64,000 bases of DNA, taken from Lachnospiraceae bacterium (GTDB lineage: Bacteria; Bacillota; Clostridia; Lachnospirales; Lachnospiraceae). The DNA lies in NCBI GenBank assembly GCA_028692275.1, contig JAQUXR010000001.1:67700-131699 (forward strand), read 5' to 3'. Below the pieces are notes generated by a model. That model saw nothing but the letters and a program-made list of their open reading frames with translations. It ran no database searches and had not been told where the DNA came from. The position numbers and the translations under genes were made by a program. Shown in pieces: positions 21,344-31,265 of this stretch. The stretch's first letter is position 1. Each line of letters starts with the position of its first letter.

Positions 21344-22101
21344 CACAGCCACCCCCTTCCCAAAAAGAGAGCTGCTGCAAAACCTGCTGCAACGCCTGCT
21401 GCAATAAGCAGAGACTCGCACAGTCTGAGCAAACCTGTGATAACATCTCCCAGCAGTAAATCCCGAACAGCATTTGCCAAAGCAATCCCGGGAATAACAA
21501 GCATAATGCCGCCAATCATTATCTTATCCAGATGTTCACCGACACCCATCTCAACCATCCCTATTGCAATCATCCCAGAAACAAAGGATGTAATAAAGGA
21601 ATATGCAATCCGGTTCAGCCAGGCGTGATTGACTTTCCGATCAATCAACGTGAACACAAGGGCCAGAATCGCCGCACTGATGCCATCTCTGAAACTGCCC
21701 CCAAAAAACATAGCAAAACCGCCTGCCGCAAGAACGCTTCCCACATAAGTATATATACCGCTCATTTCGGATGTGGTTTTTGCCTTTTCAAGCCTTTTTC
21801 CTATCTCTTTGGGATTCAAATGCTTCTCCGCTATTTCCCCTGCCAGCTCGTCCAACTCGGCCAGGCGTCCATAATCAATAGCCCATTCGCGAATTCTACG
21901 TGTCTGGGTCAGCACTTCCTCCCCGGGAAGTCTTACCGTTACAATCATGCTTGATGTAATGGAAAAAGCATCCACCCGTTCTGCCCCATAAGCCATGCAC
22001 ATCTTGGACACCGTCTGTTCAATCCGGCTCACTTCACCCCCATAGGTGAGCATTGCTTCACCCACATCTAAAATAGCACTTAATTCCTGATTACTTAACA
22101 T
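21343..22101 (-). CDS. threonine/serine exporter family protein, large subunit (ThrE/DUF1212-like)
   Basis: 252 aa with a soluble N-terminal region followed by several TM helices. This is the typical two-gene split ThrE arrangement. Confidence 0.75.
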   Translation of the reverse strand: MLSNQELSAILDVGEAMLTYGGEVSRIEQTVSKMCMAYGAERVDAFSITSSMIVTVRLPGEEVLTQTRRIREWAIDYGRLAELDELAGEIAEKHLNPKEIGKRLEKAKTTSEMSGIYTYVGSVLAAGGFAMFFGGSFRDGISAAILALVFTLIDRKVNHAWLNRIAYSFITSFVSGMIAIGMVEMGVGEHLDKIMIGGIMLVIPGIALANAVRDLLLGDVITGLLRLCESLLIAAGVAAGFAAALFLGRGWL

Positions 22102-22216
22102 TTTCTAAAGCCCCATCCGCTAAAATTATTTTCTATCCTAACACATAGTATAGCCGCTATCTCCCGAAAAGGAAATAGCGGCTATGGCTTTTTACTATTA
22201 TTTTACATATATTAAG

Positions 22217-23599
22217 TTATGGGGTCAATTTCACAAAATACTCTGCCTGGCTTTCACTCATAGAATCAAAATGTAAGTAAGCACTTCCTTCTTTTTCCTG
22301 AACATATGGAATCGCCATATGAATTTCTCTTGTTTCATTTGCCACGAAATCCGAGTAAAAGAGATGCTTGCTATACTCTTCGCCTGCGTAATCGGAACCA
22401 TCATAGTACATCGGATCTGTGCCCGAAGCACGCCACCATCCTTCTAAAATATCGGTAAATCCACAGGCTTTCGTTTCAGGGTCAATATTCATTATATTGC
22501 CATACACAAAGGTATCCGTTAAAGTCTCATCCGAATGGTTCTGGACTTCCATTGTGACATAGGCTAGTTTTACATGGCCTTCGCCTTCGTCGACCGAAAT
22601 CATTTCATTGTTCTCCCAGGTCGTATATCCAAGTTCTACCGTTTTGAAAGTTCCATCCGCATTAATATACGGAAGAAGGTCTGTGCTATAGTTACCAAAA
22701 TAGTTTTCATCAAGTCCATTGACATTATCTCTCAATTCAATATCTTTGACAACAAAACTCAGATTTTCAGACATTTCCATGGAATCACCTTTCTGAATAA
22801 TCTGTTCTTCTCCAACAATCTGCGGTGCTTCCGGCTCTGCTTCGTAATCTTTATTTGTATTCTCAACAAATGGTGTATAAGCCTCTTCCCCTGTCGGTTC
22901 CAGTTTTATATTTTCCGCAATCTTTTTGGCTTCTTCTACAGAAATATCCTTATAGGTATACATGGTAACAACCTGTCCCAGTTCTTCATAAAACATCATG
23001 ATAATGTGGTTATATTCAATATCACCATTACGCGTCAGAACATCCGCTTTGACTCCACCGATTTCCGTTTCTTCCACTTCTGAAATAAAAGGAAACTCTA
23101 TGGTATCGCTGTAGTTGTTCAATCCGATAGTTATCCCGCTGCCACCATCTTCAGTATGATACTTGCAGAGGCTGATACCATCGCCGCCCGAAGTCTCAAC
23201 ATAGCCCTCCGGCAGATATCCCGGAACGATTTTCATCGGTTGAACTGTAATTCCCTCCTGAGCCTCAAATGTATATGTATAACCGCCCTGCTGCTGATTA
23301 GTCTCCTCAGATTTCACTGTAAACAAACCCGAAATGGCATAGGCACCAACGGATAATACCAGTACTGCAGCAAACGCAGCCGCCACACCAAAAGGTGTTT
23401 TGAAAAAATGTCTCTTCTTTGCATTTGTAAGTTCTACAGCTCCTGTTTGGTTTATCAAATTCTGTCGAAATTCTTTATAATCCCTCGAAAATTCATGGTC
23501 TTTGCCTTCTTCACCTGAATCCCATGATTTCATGATGCTCTCTTCACTGACATTCTTCAAAAACTTCTCTTCATTAATATCTCTACGCACACGCATCAT
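22217..23599 (-). CDS. membrane-anchored anti-sigma factor candidate (DUF4179-like) with large extracytoplasmic domain
   Basis: Overlaps the stop of the ECF sigma gene. Single TM helix (FGVAAAFAAVLVLSVGAYAISGLF) followed by about 370 aa of acidic domain. Start is ambiguous (23590-23599). Confidence 0.65.
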   Translation of the reverse strand: MMRVRRDINEEKFLKNVSEESIMKSWDSGEEGKDHEFSRDYKEFRQNLINQTGAVELTNAKKRHFFKTPFGVAAAFAAVLVLSVGAYAISGLFTVKSEETNQQQGGYTYTFEAQEGITVQPMKIVPGYLPEGYVETSGGDGISLCKYHTEDGGSGITIGLNNYSDTIEFPFISEVEETEIGGVKADVLTRNGDIEYNHIIMMFYEELGQVVTMYTYKDISVEEAKKIAENIKLEPTGEEAYTPFVENTNKDYEAEPEAPQIVGEEQIIQKGDSMEMSENLSFVVKDIELRDNVNGLDENYFGNYSTDLLPYINADGTFKTVELGYTTWENNEMISVDEGEGHVKLAYVTMEVQNHSDETLTDTFVYGNIMNIDPETKACGFTDILEGWWRASGTDPMYYDGSDYAGEEYSKHLFYSDFVANETREIHMAIPYVQEKEGSAYLHFDSMSESQAEYFVKLTP

Positions 23600-24110
23600 C
23601 TCCTATCATCTTTAATGCAATCTTCTTCGCCCGTTCATATCGTTTTGCTACGGTATCCTCCGTAATTTCCAAAAGCAGACCAATCTCCCGGTGGCTGAGG
23701 CCAAAATAGCATTTTAATTCCAACACCTCTCGGTATTTCTGGTCCAATGCCAGTAATGCTCTCTGAATCATCTGCCGGTTTTCTATTTGGCTCAAATTCT
23801 CGTCCATAAAACTTTTTTGGTTTTTCTGGATGTCCTCCGGGTCAAATATGGTATGTTCCCATTTCCGCCGGTTTTTCCGGTATATATCAATGGCTGTCGA
23901 ACGTATAATCCGCAGCATCAGTCTTTTAGTTTCTATTGAATCCGGCACCTTTATCTGACTGAGGCGGGGCATAATTTTCAGAAAAGCATCCTGCACCGCA
24001 TCCTCCGCCTGTCCTGTATCCTGAAGAATTCGAAAAGCTGTTCCGTACATTTGCTTTTCATACAAAGCGAATAATTGTTCCAGCTTTTCTTTATCTGTAT
24101 ATATTCTCAT
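23583..24110 (-). CDS. ECF-type sigma-70 family RNA polymerase sigma factor
   Basis: 175 aa with a region 2 pattern (AEDAVQDAFLKI) and a region 4 HTH (LSHREIGLLLEITEDTVAKRYERAK). Confidence 0.88.
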   Translation of the reverse strand: MRIYTDKEKLEQLFALYEKQMYGTAFRILQDTGQAEDAVQDAFLKIMPRLSQIKVPDSIETKRLMLRIIRSTAIDIYRKNRRKWEHTIFDPEDIQKNQKSFMDENLSQIENRQMIQRALLALDQKYREVLELKCYFGLSHREIGLLLEITEDTVAKRYERAKKIALKMIGDDACA

Positions 24111-24220
24111 CTCTACCTCCTGTGTCCATATTGAGCACTCTAATTATTATAACGTATGGCCATCGGAAAAGCTGACATATTTTTCCTGTTTATTTTTGAG
24201 AAGCAGATCTTCTATCTCAT

Positions 24221-24256
24221 AAAAAAAAGAGCCACCGCTTTCAAAGCGGTGACCCT
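24221..24256 (-). terminator. intrinsic terminator after the lipoprotein gene
   Basis: mRNA sense GGGTCACCGCTTT-gaa-AGCGGTGGCTC followed by TTTTTTTT. Confidence 0.8.
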
Positions 24257-24278
24257 TAATTAATTATAAGATTTAAAA

Positions 24279-24863
24279 CTACTGTGGAAGGTTTGCATCT
24301 GCAAATCCCATAACAACAGCTGTAAAATCTTCTACATCGATATCGGATGTTGTGTAGATTGTATACTGAACCTGTGCTTCATCCCAGTACCAAACGCCAC
24401 ATGTGTTGCCTTCTTCATCTTTGTAAATAGTTGCTTCTGTTGTATCCGTATCAATACCTACAACATGTGTTGTAAGTTTTTCGATTCCTTCTACACCCAT
24501 AACAGCATCGATAACATTTTCAGGAGATTTTACTGCAGCACCAACAAAGTCAATGTCTGCAAGTTTGAATTCAACCTGTGCAATCTCACCAATTGTATAA
24601 TACTTAACATCAGTTGTTTCTTCAGGAGCCTGAAGTTTGATACCCATTTCTTCAAATGCTTCTGGTCCGGCAACTTCAACCATTTCAGCTGCTTCAACTG
24701 CTGTAGTTTCTTCTGTTGTTTCAGCTTTTGTCTCAGCTGTTGTTGCCTCTGTTGTTGTTTCAGCCTTTGTCTCGGCTTTTGTTTCTTCTTTTTTGCTACC
24801 GCAAGCTGTCATCACTAATAAAGATGCTGCAACAAGCATAGCTACACATAATTTTTTCTTCAT
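24279..24863 (-). CDS. lipoprotein of unknown function with Glu/Thr/Lys/Ala low-complexity linker
   Basis: Trimmed to ATG 24863. Signal peptide plus lipobox (LLVMTAC), then the ETKAETKAETTTEATTAETKAETTEETT repeat region. Confidence 0.75.
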   Translation of the reverse strand: MKKKLCVAMLVAASLLVMTACGSKKEETKAETKAETTTEATTAETKAETTEETTAVEAAEMVEVAGPEAFEEMGIKLQAPEETTDVKYYTIGEIAQVEFKLADIDFVGAAVKSPENVIDAVMGVEGIEKLTTHVVGIDTDTTEATIYKDEEGNTCGVWYWDEAQVQYTIYTTSDIDVEDFTAVVMGFADANLPQ

Positions 24864-24948
24864 GTCTTGTGTTCCCTCCAATTAATTTAATTACACTGTT
24901 ATTATACGCCTATATTCGCTAAATGACAAGTTATTCCTTTTTTTCCAA

Positions 24949-25368
24949 CTATATATTCAGAATACTTTTTAAGTCATATATTGGCTCAAAATCCTCTGTA
25001 TCACTACATAAAAATCCGCCTTTAACTTCCATAATATCCCGAATAACCCGTCGGGCTTTAGCAGAATCTTCCTCTTCATAACTCACTGCATAAATCATCT
25101 TAATCTGATGTTTTTCAATAAATTCCTGGTCCAGAGGGTCGATAAAGCATTCTCTGCCATCCTGAAAAATCAGGGAATCATTATCCAAAACAACTTCCAT
25201 CAGATTCAAAGCCGGCCAAACGTCAACCTTTTCCTCTTCTACTGATTTTATCAGTCCTGTCAATTCCTTGGCATCCGTATCTTCCGGTGTCATATAGTAA
25301 AATTCCAAAATATTCTTTCTTCGTTTCTGTGCCTCTGCAATAGTACTTTTTTTAATCTTCTTTGCCAT
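24949..25368 (-). CDS. hypothetical protein (139 aa)
   Basis: Trimmed to ATG 25368, 3 nt after the NUDIX gene stop. I recognise no motifs. Confidence 0.55.
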   Translation of the reverse strand: MAKKIKKSTIAEAQKRRKNILEFYYMTPEDTDAKELTGLIKSVEEEKVDVWPALNLMEVVLDNDSLIFQDGRECFIDPLDQEFIEKHQIKMIYAVSYEEEDSAKARRVIRDIMEVKGGFLCSDTEDFEPIYDLKSILNI

Positions 25369-25370
25369 TC

Positions 25371-25985
25371 TTATTCTTCCCTCCATCCGGCAGTCTTAAT
25401 CTGCCAGGCTGTATTACGCATAATCCGCGCTGTGATTCCCCAGATAACTTTTCCTTTATATTCATAAAAATACACAGGATAGGTTCCTTGATTCCAGCGG
25501 TACTTTTCACCGCCCTGAACCTTGTCCCATGGAAAGTTCTCTGGTGGTTCCGTATATATCTTATTGTAAAAAACCCCCGGCTTTATTTTCATAAAGTAAT
25601 CCAAGGGGACTGTGAACACTTCCAGCACCTCGTCCGAATTAAAGGTTCCTTCGTATCCTTTTAAAATACCCAGATAAGGATAAATAACCATATTAAAAGG
25701 TGATACAAAAATATCCATAGGTGCAACCAATTCCACCTGTTCTCCAGAAACTAACAGTTCCTCACATATCTCTCTCAAGGCTCCCTCTTCCGGTGATTCG
25801 CCCCGTTCGCATCCTCCTCCTGGGAAACAAATCTCTCCCGGCTGATGCTTCAGTCCAATAGCCCTCACCTCAAAGAGCACATGATAACCATCCTCTTTCT
25901 CAATCAACGGAATAACCACCGCTGAACGTCGATATGCCTCCATATCAATTAATGTTGGTTTACGTCCTCGCAAATCATCAAACAT
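25371..25985 (-). CDS. NUDIX hydrolase (CoA pyrophosphatase-like)
   Basis: NUDIX box GEICFPGGGCERGESPEEGALREICEELLV. Confidence 0.8.
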   Translation of the reverse strand: MFDDLRGRKPTLIDMEAYRRSAVVIPLIEKEDGYHVLFEVRAIGLKHQPGEICFPGGGCERGESPEEGALREICEELLVSGEQVELVAPMDIFVSPFNMVIYPYLGILKGYEGTFNSDEVLEVFTVPLDYFMKIKPGVFYNKIYTEPPENFPWDKVQGGEKYRWNQGTYPVYFYEYKGKVIWGITARIMRNTAWQIKTAGWREE

Positions 25986-26044
25986 AGGTCATCTCCTGTT
26001 CTATTTCTCTTGACACTAATACTATTTTACACTATTTCAATACA

Positions 26045-26080
26045 CAAAAAAAGGGTGCTTTATAAAAAAGCATCCCCTTT
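26045..26080 (-). terminator. intrinsic terminator after the CoA-transferase gene
   Basis: mRNA sense GGGGATGCTT-ttttata-AAGCACCC followed by TTTTTTT. Confidence 0.75.
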
Positions 26081-26094
26081 TAGTATTTGTAATA

Positions 26095-27648
26095 TTATGC
26101 GATTTTTTCAGAAAGATTCATAGAACCTTCACGGAAAATAGATTCATCCATAAGCTTTAAATCTTTTGAGATTAATGGTTTGAAATCCATATTTGCAATG
26201 ATATCTTTTTCAACGTCGATTCCCGGTGCAACTTCAGTAAGTACCAGGCCCATTGGAGATAATTTAAACACAGCTCTTTCCGTAATGTAAAGAACGTCTT
26301 TATTTAACCGTTTTGCGTAATTTCCGCTAAATGTAATCTGTTCCACATCCTCTATGAATTTGCGGCTTTTGCCCTCCTGACAAATATGAAGTTCTCCATT
26401 CTCCACAGCCACATCCAGACCGCCTGCTGTAAATGTACCACAGAAAATAACCTTCTTGGCATTCTGTGTAATATTGATAAATCCACCACAACCTGCAATC
26501 TTTGGTCCAAACTTGCTTACATTAATATTCCCGTCCACATCACACTGTGCCAGACCAAGAAATGCCATATCCAGACCACCGCCGTCATAAAAATCAAACT
26601 GATAAGGCTGGTCCAGAATACATTCCGGATTCGATACCGCGCCAAAACTCTGTCCACCGGCAGGCACACCGCCAATAGGTCCGGATTCTACAGTAAGTTT
26701 CAGCCCCTTAACGCCTTCTTCATTAGCTACACTTGCAACGCCTTCAGGAATACCAATGCCAAGATTAATAACAGCATGACTTTCTAATTCTAAAGCTGCA
26801 CGACGGCTGATAATCTTACGAACCCCAAGGTCCATCGCTTTCAGACTGTCCACCGGAACACGAATATCTCCACAATAAGCCGGATTAAAATGTTCACCAA
26901 AAGTCTGCATGTGATTCTCTGGTTCCGAAATAACAATGGCATCCACGTAGATTCCCGGAATTTTTACAATTCTAGGGTCAACGCTCCCAGCTTCTACAAT
27001 TCCTTCTACCTGAAGAATAACTTTACCGCCAGATGCTTTTACCGCCTGTGCGATAGAAAGACTTTCAAGCGTCACAGCCTCTTTTCTCATGCAGGCATTG
27101 CCGTCCGGGTCACAGTAGGTGGCCCGGATTAATGCCACATCAATAGGGAAAGATTTATAATAAAGGAACTCATTACCGGATAATTCGATTAATTCCACAA
27201 CATCCTCTGTTGTCTTTGAGTTAATCTTTCCACCGCCAAGACGCGGGTCAACAAATGTTTCCAGGCCTACATGGGTAATCGTTCCCGGTTTGCCCGCTGC
27301 GATATCGCGGAACAAATGGGTAATAACACCCTGTGGCAGGTTGTAGGCTTCTACCTTATTCTCTACAGCTAATTTCTGAAGCTTTGGTGTCAACCCCCAA
27401 TGTCCACCAATAATCTTCTTCAACATGCCTTCATGTCCTAAGTGATTCAGACCTTTGTCCTTGCCATCCCCCTGACCAGCTGCATAAACCAGGGTCAGGT
27501 CTCTCGGACAGCCTGTTGCCAAAAAACGTTTTTCAAGTGCTACCGTAAGTTCTTCCGGATGATTGCATCCTACAAATCCTCCAACTGCAACTGTATCTCC
27601 ACCCTTGATTAACATACTTGCTTCCCTTGCACTCATAATCTTTCCCAT
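26095..27648 (-). CDS. acyl-CoA:acetate/propionate CoA-transferase (family I, YdiF/Pct-like)
   Basis: 517-aa fused alpha/beta CoA-transferase. N-terminus is [22 protein letters not shown], and an internal ESGPIGG segment is typical of the family. Confidence 0.8.
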   Translation of the reverse strand: MGKIMSAREASMLIKGGDTVAVGGFVGCNHPEELTVALEKRFLATGCPRDLTLVYAAGQGDGKDKGLNHLGHEGMLKKIIGGHWGLTPKLQKLAVENKVEAYNLPQGVITHLFRDIAAGKPGTITHVGLETFVDPRLGGGKINSKTTEDVVELIELSGNEFLYYKSFPIDVALIRATYCDPDGNACMRKEAVTLESLSIAQAVKASGGKVILQVEGIVEAGSVDPRIVKIPGIYVDAIVISEPENHMQTFGEHFNPAYCGDIRVPVDSLKAMDLGVRKIISRRAALELESHAVINLGIGIPEGVASVANEEGVKGLKLTVESGPIGGVPAGGQSFGAVSNPECILDQPYQFDFYDGGGLDMAFLGLAQCDVDGNINVSKFGPKIAGCGGFINITQNAKKVIFCGTFTAGGLDVAVENGELHICQEGKSRKFIEDVEQITFSGNYAKRLNKDVLYITERAVFKLSPMGLVLTEVAPGIDVEKDIIANMDFKPLISKDLKLMDESIFREGSMNLSEKIA

Positions 27649-27778
27649 AAAAAAATACCTCCCTGATTATTTGTCTAATTTCTTAACTTCAACTCTGTCA
27701 TTGACTACATTGTACTAAATCACGTACAATTTGTATAATACAGAATTTTCATTAAACAATAACCGGAAGATATTGAGT

Positions 27779-28375
27779 TTAGCACGGTCTGCAACAGCAA
27801 CCGCACATCATATTCATTGCAAGAATCTGGCAACACAGATTATTCATGTCCATCGTCGGGCGTCCATAGTCCCCCGCCATATTTCCATACCACTGGCGTC
27901 CTGACTGGAGCTGCTGCCAAAGCATCTGATATTGAGCATTATTTGGCTCCATATCCATAGCCTGCTTTGCCATCTCCTGAGCCGTAATATTATTTCCCGC
28001 CCCTGCATTCGCAATGGCTGAAAAATAGAACCACTGGGCATTTCGATTTCCAATTCCCGAAAGCACATTCAAAGCTTCCTTATAACGCCGGGTATTGATG
28101 AAATTGGCCGCTGCCTGCATCTCCACAGTATCCGAATCGCCACCGGTTCCACCATTACTCTGCTGATAACCATAGGACTGATATCCCTGTTCACGTTCTT
28201 TCATAACCTGGGCATAAGCCTGCTGAATCTGTTTAAACTTCTCCTCAGCAGCTTTCTCCCCTGGCTTACCTACATTCGCATCCGGATGATACTGTCTGCT
28301 CAATGCCCGATATGCTTTTTTTATCTCTTCATCCGTTGCCGACGGAGACACTCCTAATATATCATAAGGATTCAT
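27779..28375 (-). CDS. J-domain (DnaJ-like) protein with Cys-rich C-terminal tail
   Basis: N-terminal J domain [29 protein letters not shown] (HPD motif), a Gly/Gln/Tyr linker, a helical repeat region, and the tail [18 protein letters not shown]. Confidence 0.85.
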   Translation of the reverse strand: MNPYDILGVSPSATDEEIKKAYRALSRQYHPDANVGKPGEKAAEEKFKQIQQAYAQVMKEREQGYQSYGYQQSNGGTGGDSDTVEMQAAANFINTRRYKEALNVLSGIGNRNAQWFYFSAIANAGAGNNITAQEMAKQAMDMEPNNAQYQMLWQQLQSGRQWYGNMAGDYGRPTMDMNNLCCQILAMNMMCGCCCRPC

Positions 28376-29213
28376 CCCTGGTTTCCTCCGTTTTATTCTT
28401 GTCGTTTCTAATCTTTATATACTTACTCCATACTCCAGCATACAGTATATTCCGCAAAATTTCAATATCGGAAATAATCGGAAGCTTCTCAAAACATCTG
28501 GCACAGTCAGCCATCATCAAATCCAATATATTAAAAATCTGGTTTTCAAAATCCGGATCTTTACACTTGGAAATCAGAGGATTAAATCTCTGTTTCTTAA
28601 TATCTGCTTCCAAATCCTCATAGGCATCCATAATATAGATAAATTTTCCCAGATAAAACCCAACACTATGCAGCATGTCCGCCCATATGTCATTCTTCCA
28701 GTTCATCAGCTCTCCCAGCATGGTTCCTGTAAGACCAGCCAGCATATCTATATCTTTTTCTCCCGAATGTTCTGCCTTTTCTAAATAATAGACATAACGC
28801 TTAATAGCCTTATACTGCCGCGGATAAACTCTCGAAAGTTTTACGGCCTTTGAACGAAGCAGCTTCATCTGTGCCAAAGCTGCCGGATTCCTGTCATCGA
28901 GCCAGTGGTCTCTCAGCAGATAATAGCTTAAAAGAATCGTCATATCTGCCCCATAGGAAATACATTCATTCTCATAAATGGTCATCTTCCGGCTCGGATG
29001 AAGCTTGCACCGATAATCTCTGGCCTCCCCTTCCTCTTCATAAAGACACATCAGCAAAAGGGATACAAAGGTCATGTCGTTATTCAGGCATAGCTGACCA
29101 AAGGGGCCATACTTGTGCTTTAAGCTCTGGCAAAGCCCACAGTACACCCCTTTATATTTACGATAATCCTTCATCTTAAGTTCCGGCTCATTTATAACAA
29201 CATAACCAAACAT
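28362..29213 (-). CDS. DUF5685-like protein (uncharacterised Clostridial family)
   Basis: 283 aa. The N-terminus [31 protein letters not shown] matches my recollection of the DUF5685 family. 14-nt overlap with the J-domain gene. Confidence 0.6.
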   Translation of the reverse strand: MFGYVVINEPELKMKDYRKYKGVYCGLCQSLKHKYGPFGQLCLNNDMTFVSLLLMCLYEEEGEARDYRCKLHPSRKMTIYENECISYGADMTILLSYYLLRDHWLDDRNPAALAQMKLLRSKAVKLSRVYPRQYKAIKRYVYYLEKAEHSGEKDIDMLAGLTGTMLGELMNWKNDIWADMLHSVGFYLGKFIYIMDAYEDLEADIKKQRFNPLISKCKDPDFENQIFNILDLMMADCARCFEKLPIISDIEILRNILYAGVWSKYIKIRNDKNKTEETRDESL

Positions 29214-29219
29214 AGTCTA

Positions 29220-29615
29220 TTAACTCCGTTTTATAAAATCGTTTCCGCATTTCGGACAATGAATGCTAATCTTTCCTTTGCCCTTAGGTATCCGTACTTT
29301 CTGCTTACACTCAGGACATTTATAGATATGATATCCTTTATTCTGCTCCACAGAATTCTTCTTACCACTAAACCATCCTGTCACCTGGTTATAATATCTG
29401 AGAAAAACCTGATTCTCCGCATAACGTTTCTGAATATTTCTCGAAAGCATTCGGAAATATAAATAAATGATAAGCAGCAAGCCCAGCCAATAACATGGCT
29501 CTACTCGAAAAAAAGCTCCAATCAGTATCAATATCAGTGCTCCAATTGACAGCACCTGGTTCATCTTATCATTTCCATAACGCCCTGCCATAAATCGTTG
29601 TAATTTTTCCCGCAT
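29220..29615 (-). CDS. membrane protein with C-terminal zinc ribbon
   Basis: 131 aa with two predicted TM helices, then CPECKQKVRIPKGKGKISIHCPKCG (CPxC..CPxC). Confidence 0.75.
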   Translation of the reverse strand: MREKLQRFMAGRYGNDKMNQVLSIGALILILIGAFFRVEPCYWLGLLLIIYLYFRMLSRNIQKRYAENQVFLRYYNQVTGWFSGKKNSVEQNKGYHIYKCPECKQKVRIPKGKGKISIHCPKCGNDFIKRS

Positions 29616-29710
29616 TATTCATCGTCCTTCCATTTTTCACAATGATACAAGTATACCTTTTCCATGGTTCCAATTCAATTAAACTTTCCTAGATTTTTCC
29701 TAAAATATTT

Positions 29711-30214
29711 CTAAAATTTCTGAATCGGGTCCGAATCATCATCCTCTATCTTCTCTATATTCTTGATAACCACATAATATCCCTGTTTTTCATTGATTTC
29801 CACATAAACCCGGTCTCCGACTTTATGTCCGAAAATAGCCTTGCCAATGGGTGATTCTGTACTGATACGTCCCTCCAGAGAATTCCCCCGAATCGTCGTT
29901 ACCAGCTTGAATCGTTCTGTCTCATCATCATCTTCAAAATAAACATCAACAATATTGTTTAATCCGGCCTCATCCTCGCCTGACTCATCAGAAACAATCT
30001 TGGCCGTGCGAATCATTCTTTCCAGATAACGGATACGACTTTCATTCTGGTTCTTCTCTTTTTTCGCCGCATGGTATTCAAAGTTTTCACTCAAATCCCC
30101 ATGTGCACGGGCTTCTTTTACAGCTTCAAGTGCATTTTTACGAACAACCAGACGCCGGTATTCGATTTCCTCTTCCATCTTTTTTATATCATTTTCTGTT
30201 AATTCATTATACAT
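29711..30214 (-). CDS. greA: transcription elongation factor GreA
   Basis: 167 aa with coiled-coil N-terminus containing AHGDLSENFEYHAAKKEKNQNESRIRYLE and a GreA C-terminal domain. ATG overlaps the upstream stop by 8 nt. Confidence 0.88.
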   Translation of the reverse strand: MYNELTENDIKKMEEEIEYRRLVVRKNALEAVKEARAHGDLSENFEYHAAKKEKNQNESRIRYLERMIRTAKIVSDESGEDEAGLNNIVDVYFEDDDETERFKLVTTIRGNSLEGRISTESPIGKAIFGHKVGDRVYVEINEKQGYYVVIKNIEKIEDDDSDPIQKF

Positions 30215-31247
30215 TTAATTCTCCCAATATATTGATTAATTCGTCGATATCTTCCTCACGGGTCGCCCAGCTTGTAACAAATCGAATAACAGTCCGTCCA
30301 TCCGTCAATGTTTCCCAGTATTCAAAAGTTGCTTTCTGTTCCAATGCTTTTAACTGACTTGCATTAAGAATAACAAATTGCTGATTGGTCATGGAATCCA
30401 TATAAAGGGTATATCCCTTCGCTCTAATTCCTTCTTTTAATTTCATGGCCATATCAATGCCATGTTTACCAAGTTCCATATAAAGACCATCTGTAAACAG
30501 GACATCAAACTGCAGTCCCAGCATTCTTCCCTTTGCCAGCAAGCCACCCTTTTGCTTAATCATGGTAAATAAATGCGGGATACTTTCCGCTTTTGGAATA
30601 ACAACCGATTCCCCAAACAATGCTCCCACTTTCGTTCCGCCAATATAAAAGGCATCACAGTTCTCAGCGATGACTTCCAAAGTGACATCTGTGCCTTCAG
30701 CCATCAGACCGTATCCCAAACGGGCACCGTCCATATACAGGGGCAGTTGATATTTCTGACAGACTTCACGAAGCTGTTCTAATTCATTTTTCGTATACAG
30801 CGTACCATATTCTGTTGGATGGGAAATATAGACCATCCCCGGCCAGGTTGTGTGGGCATGGGATGGGTCCTGATAAAAGCCTTCCATATAGGCCTTTAAA
30901 CGATCCGCCATCAGTTTGCCATCTTTTCCCGGAATTGTTATGACCTTATGACCTGTAGCTTCAACCGCTCCGGCTTCATGCACCGCAATATGTCCTGTAT
31001 CTGCTGCCACAACTCCCTCATAAGGTCTAAGCATAGACGCAATCATCGTTGAATTTGTCTGGGTTCCCCCAACAAGAAAATAAACATCTGCTCCCGGACA
31101 TTTACAAGCTTTACGAATCTTTTCTTTTGCCTGCTCACAAAACTCATCCGTTCCATAGCCCGATGTCTTTACCATATTTGTTTCCATTAATCGCTCTAAT
31201 ATGGCAGGGTGTGCCCCTTCCATGTAATCATTGTTAAAACGCTGCAT
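30207..31247 (-). CDS. threonine aldolase / beta-eliminating lyase family PLP enzyme
   Basis: Trimmed to ATG 31247 (AAGGAG 7 nt upstream). Starts MQRFNNDYMEGAHPAILERL and contains GGTQTNSTMIA. Confidence 0.75.
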   Translation of the reverse strand: MQRFNNDYMEGAHPAILERLMETNMVKTSGYGTDEFCEQAKEKIRKACKCPGADVYFLVGGTQTNSTMIASMLRPYEGVVAADTGHIAVHEAGAVEATGHKVITIPGKDGKLMADRLKAYMEGFYQDPSHAHTTWPGMVYISHPTEYGTLYTKNELEQLREVCQKYQLPLYMDGARLGYGLMAEGTDVTLEVIAENCDAFYIGGTKVGALFGESVVIPKAESIPHLFTMIKQKGGLLAKGRMLGLQFDVLFTDGLYMELGKHGIDMAMKLKEGIRAKGYTLYMDSMTNQQFVILNASQLKALEQKATFEYWETLTDGRTVIRFVTSWATREEDIDELINILGELNV

Positions 31248-31265
31248 TTCTAATCTCCTTTTTTC

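Noticed and set aside
21207-21628. 102-aa and 114-aa ORFs overlapping the junction of the two thrE-family genes.
   Set aside because: They are alternative-frame or antisense ORFs inside well-supported membrane protein genes, with Pro/Ser/Ala-rich shadow composition.
27700-27760. Plus-strand promoter-like hexamers (TTGACT-18-TACAAT) and the ATTGTAC..GTACAAT inverted repeat upstream of the CoA-transferase gene.
   Set aside because: The promoter-like match points away from any plus-strand gene and lies in AT-rich DNA where such matches are frequent. The 7-bp inverted repeat is too short to call an operator without binding data.
29615-29665. 16-aa upstream sORF (MEKVYLYHCEKWKDDE) whose TAA overlaps the ATG of the zinc-ribbon gene.
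   Set aside because: It has no convincing SD and its short length is compatible with chance. I noted it only because of the TAATG overlap.
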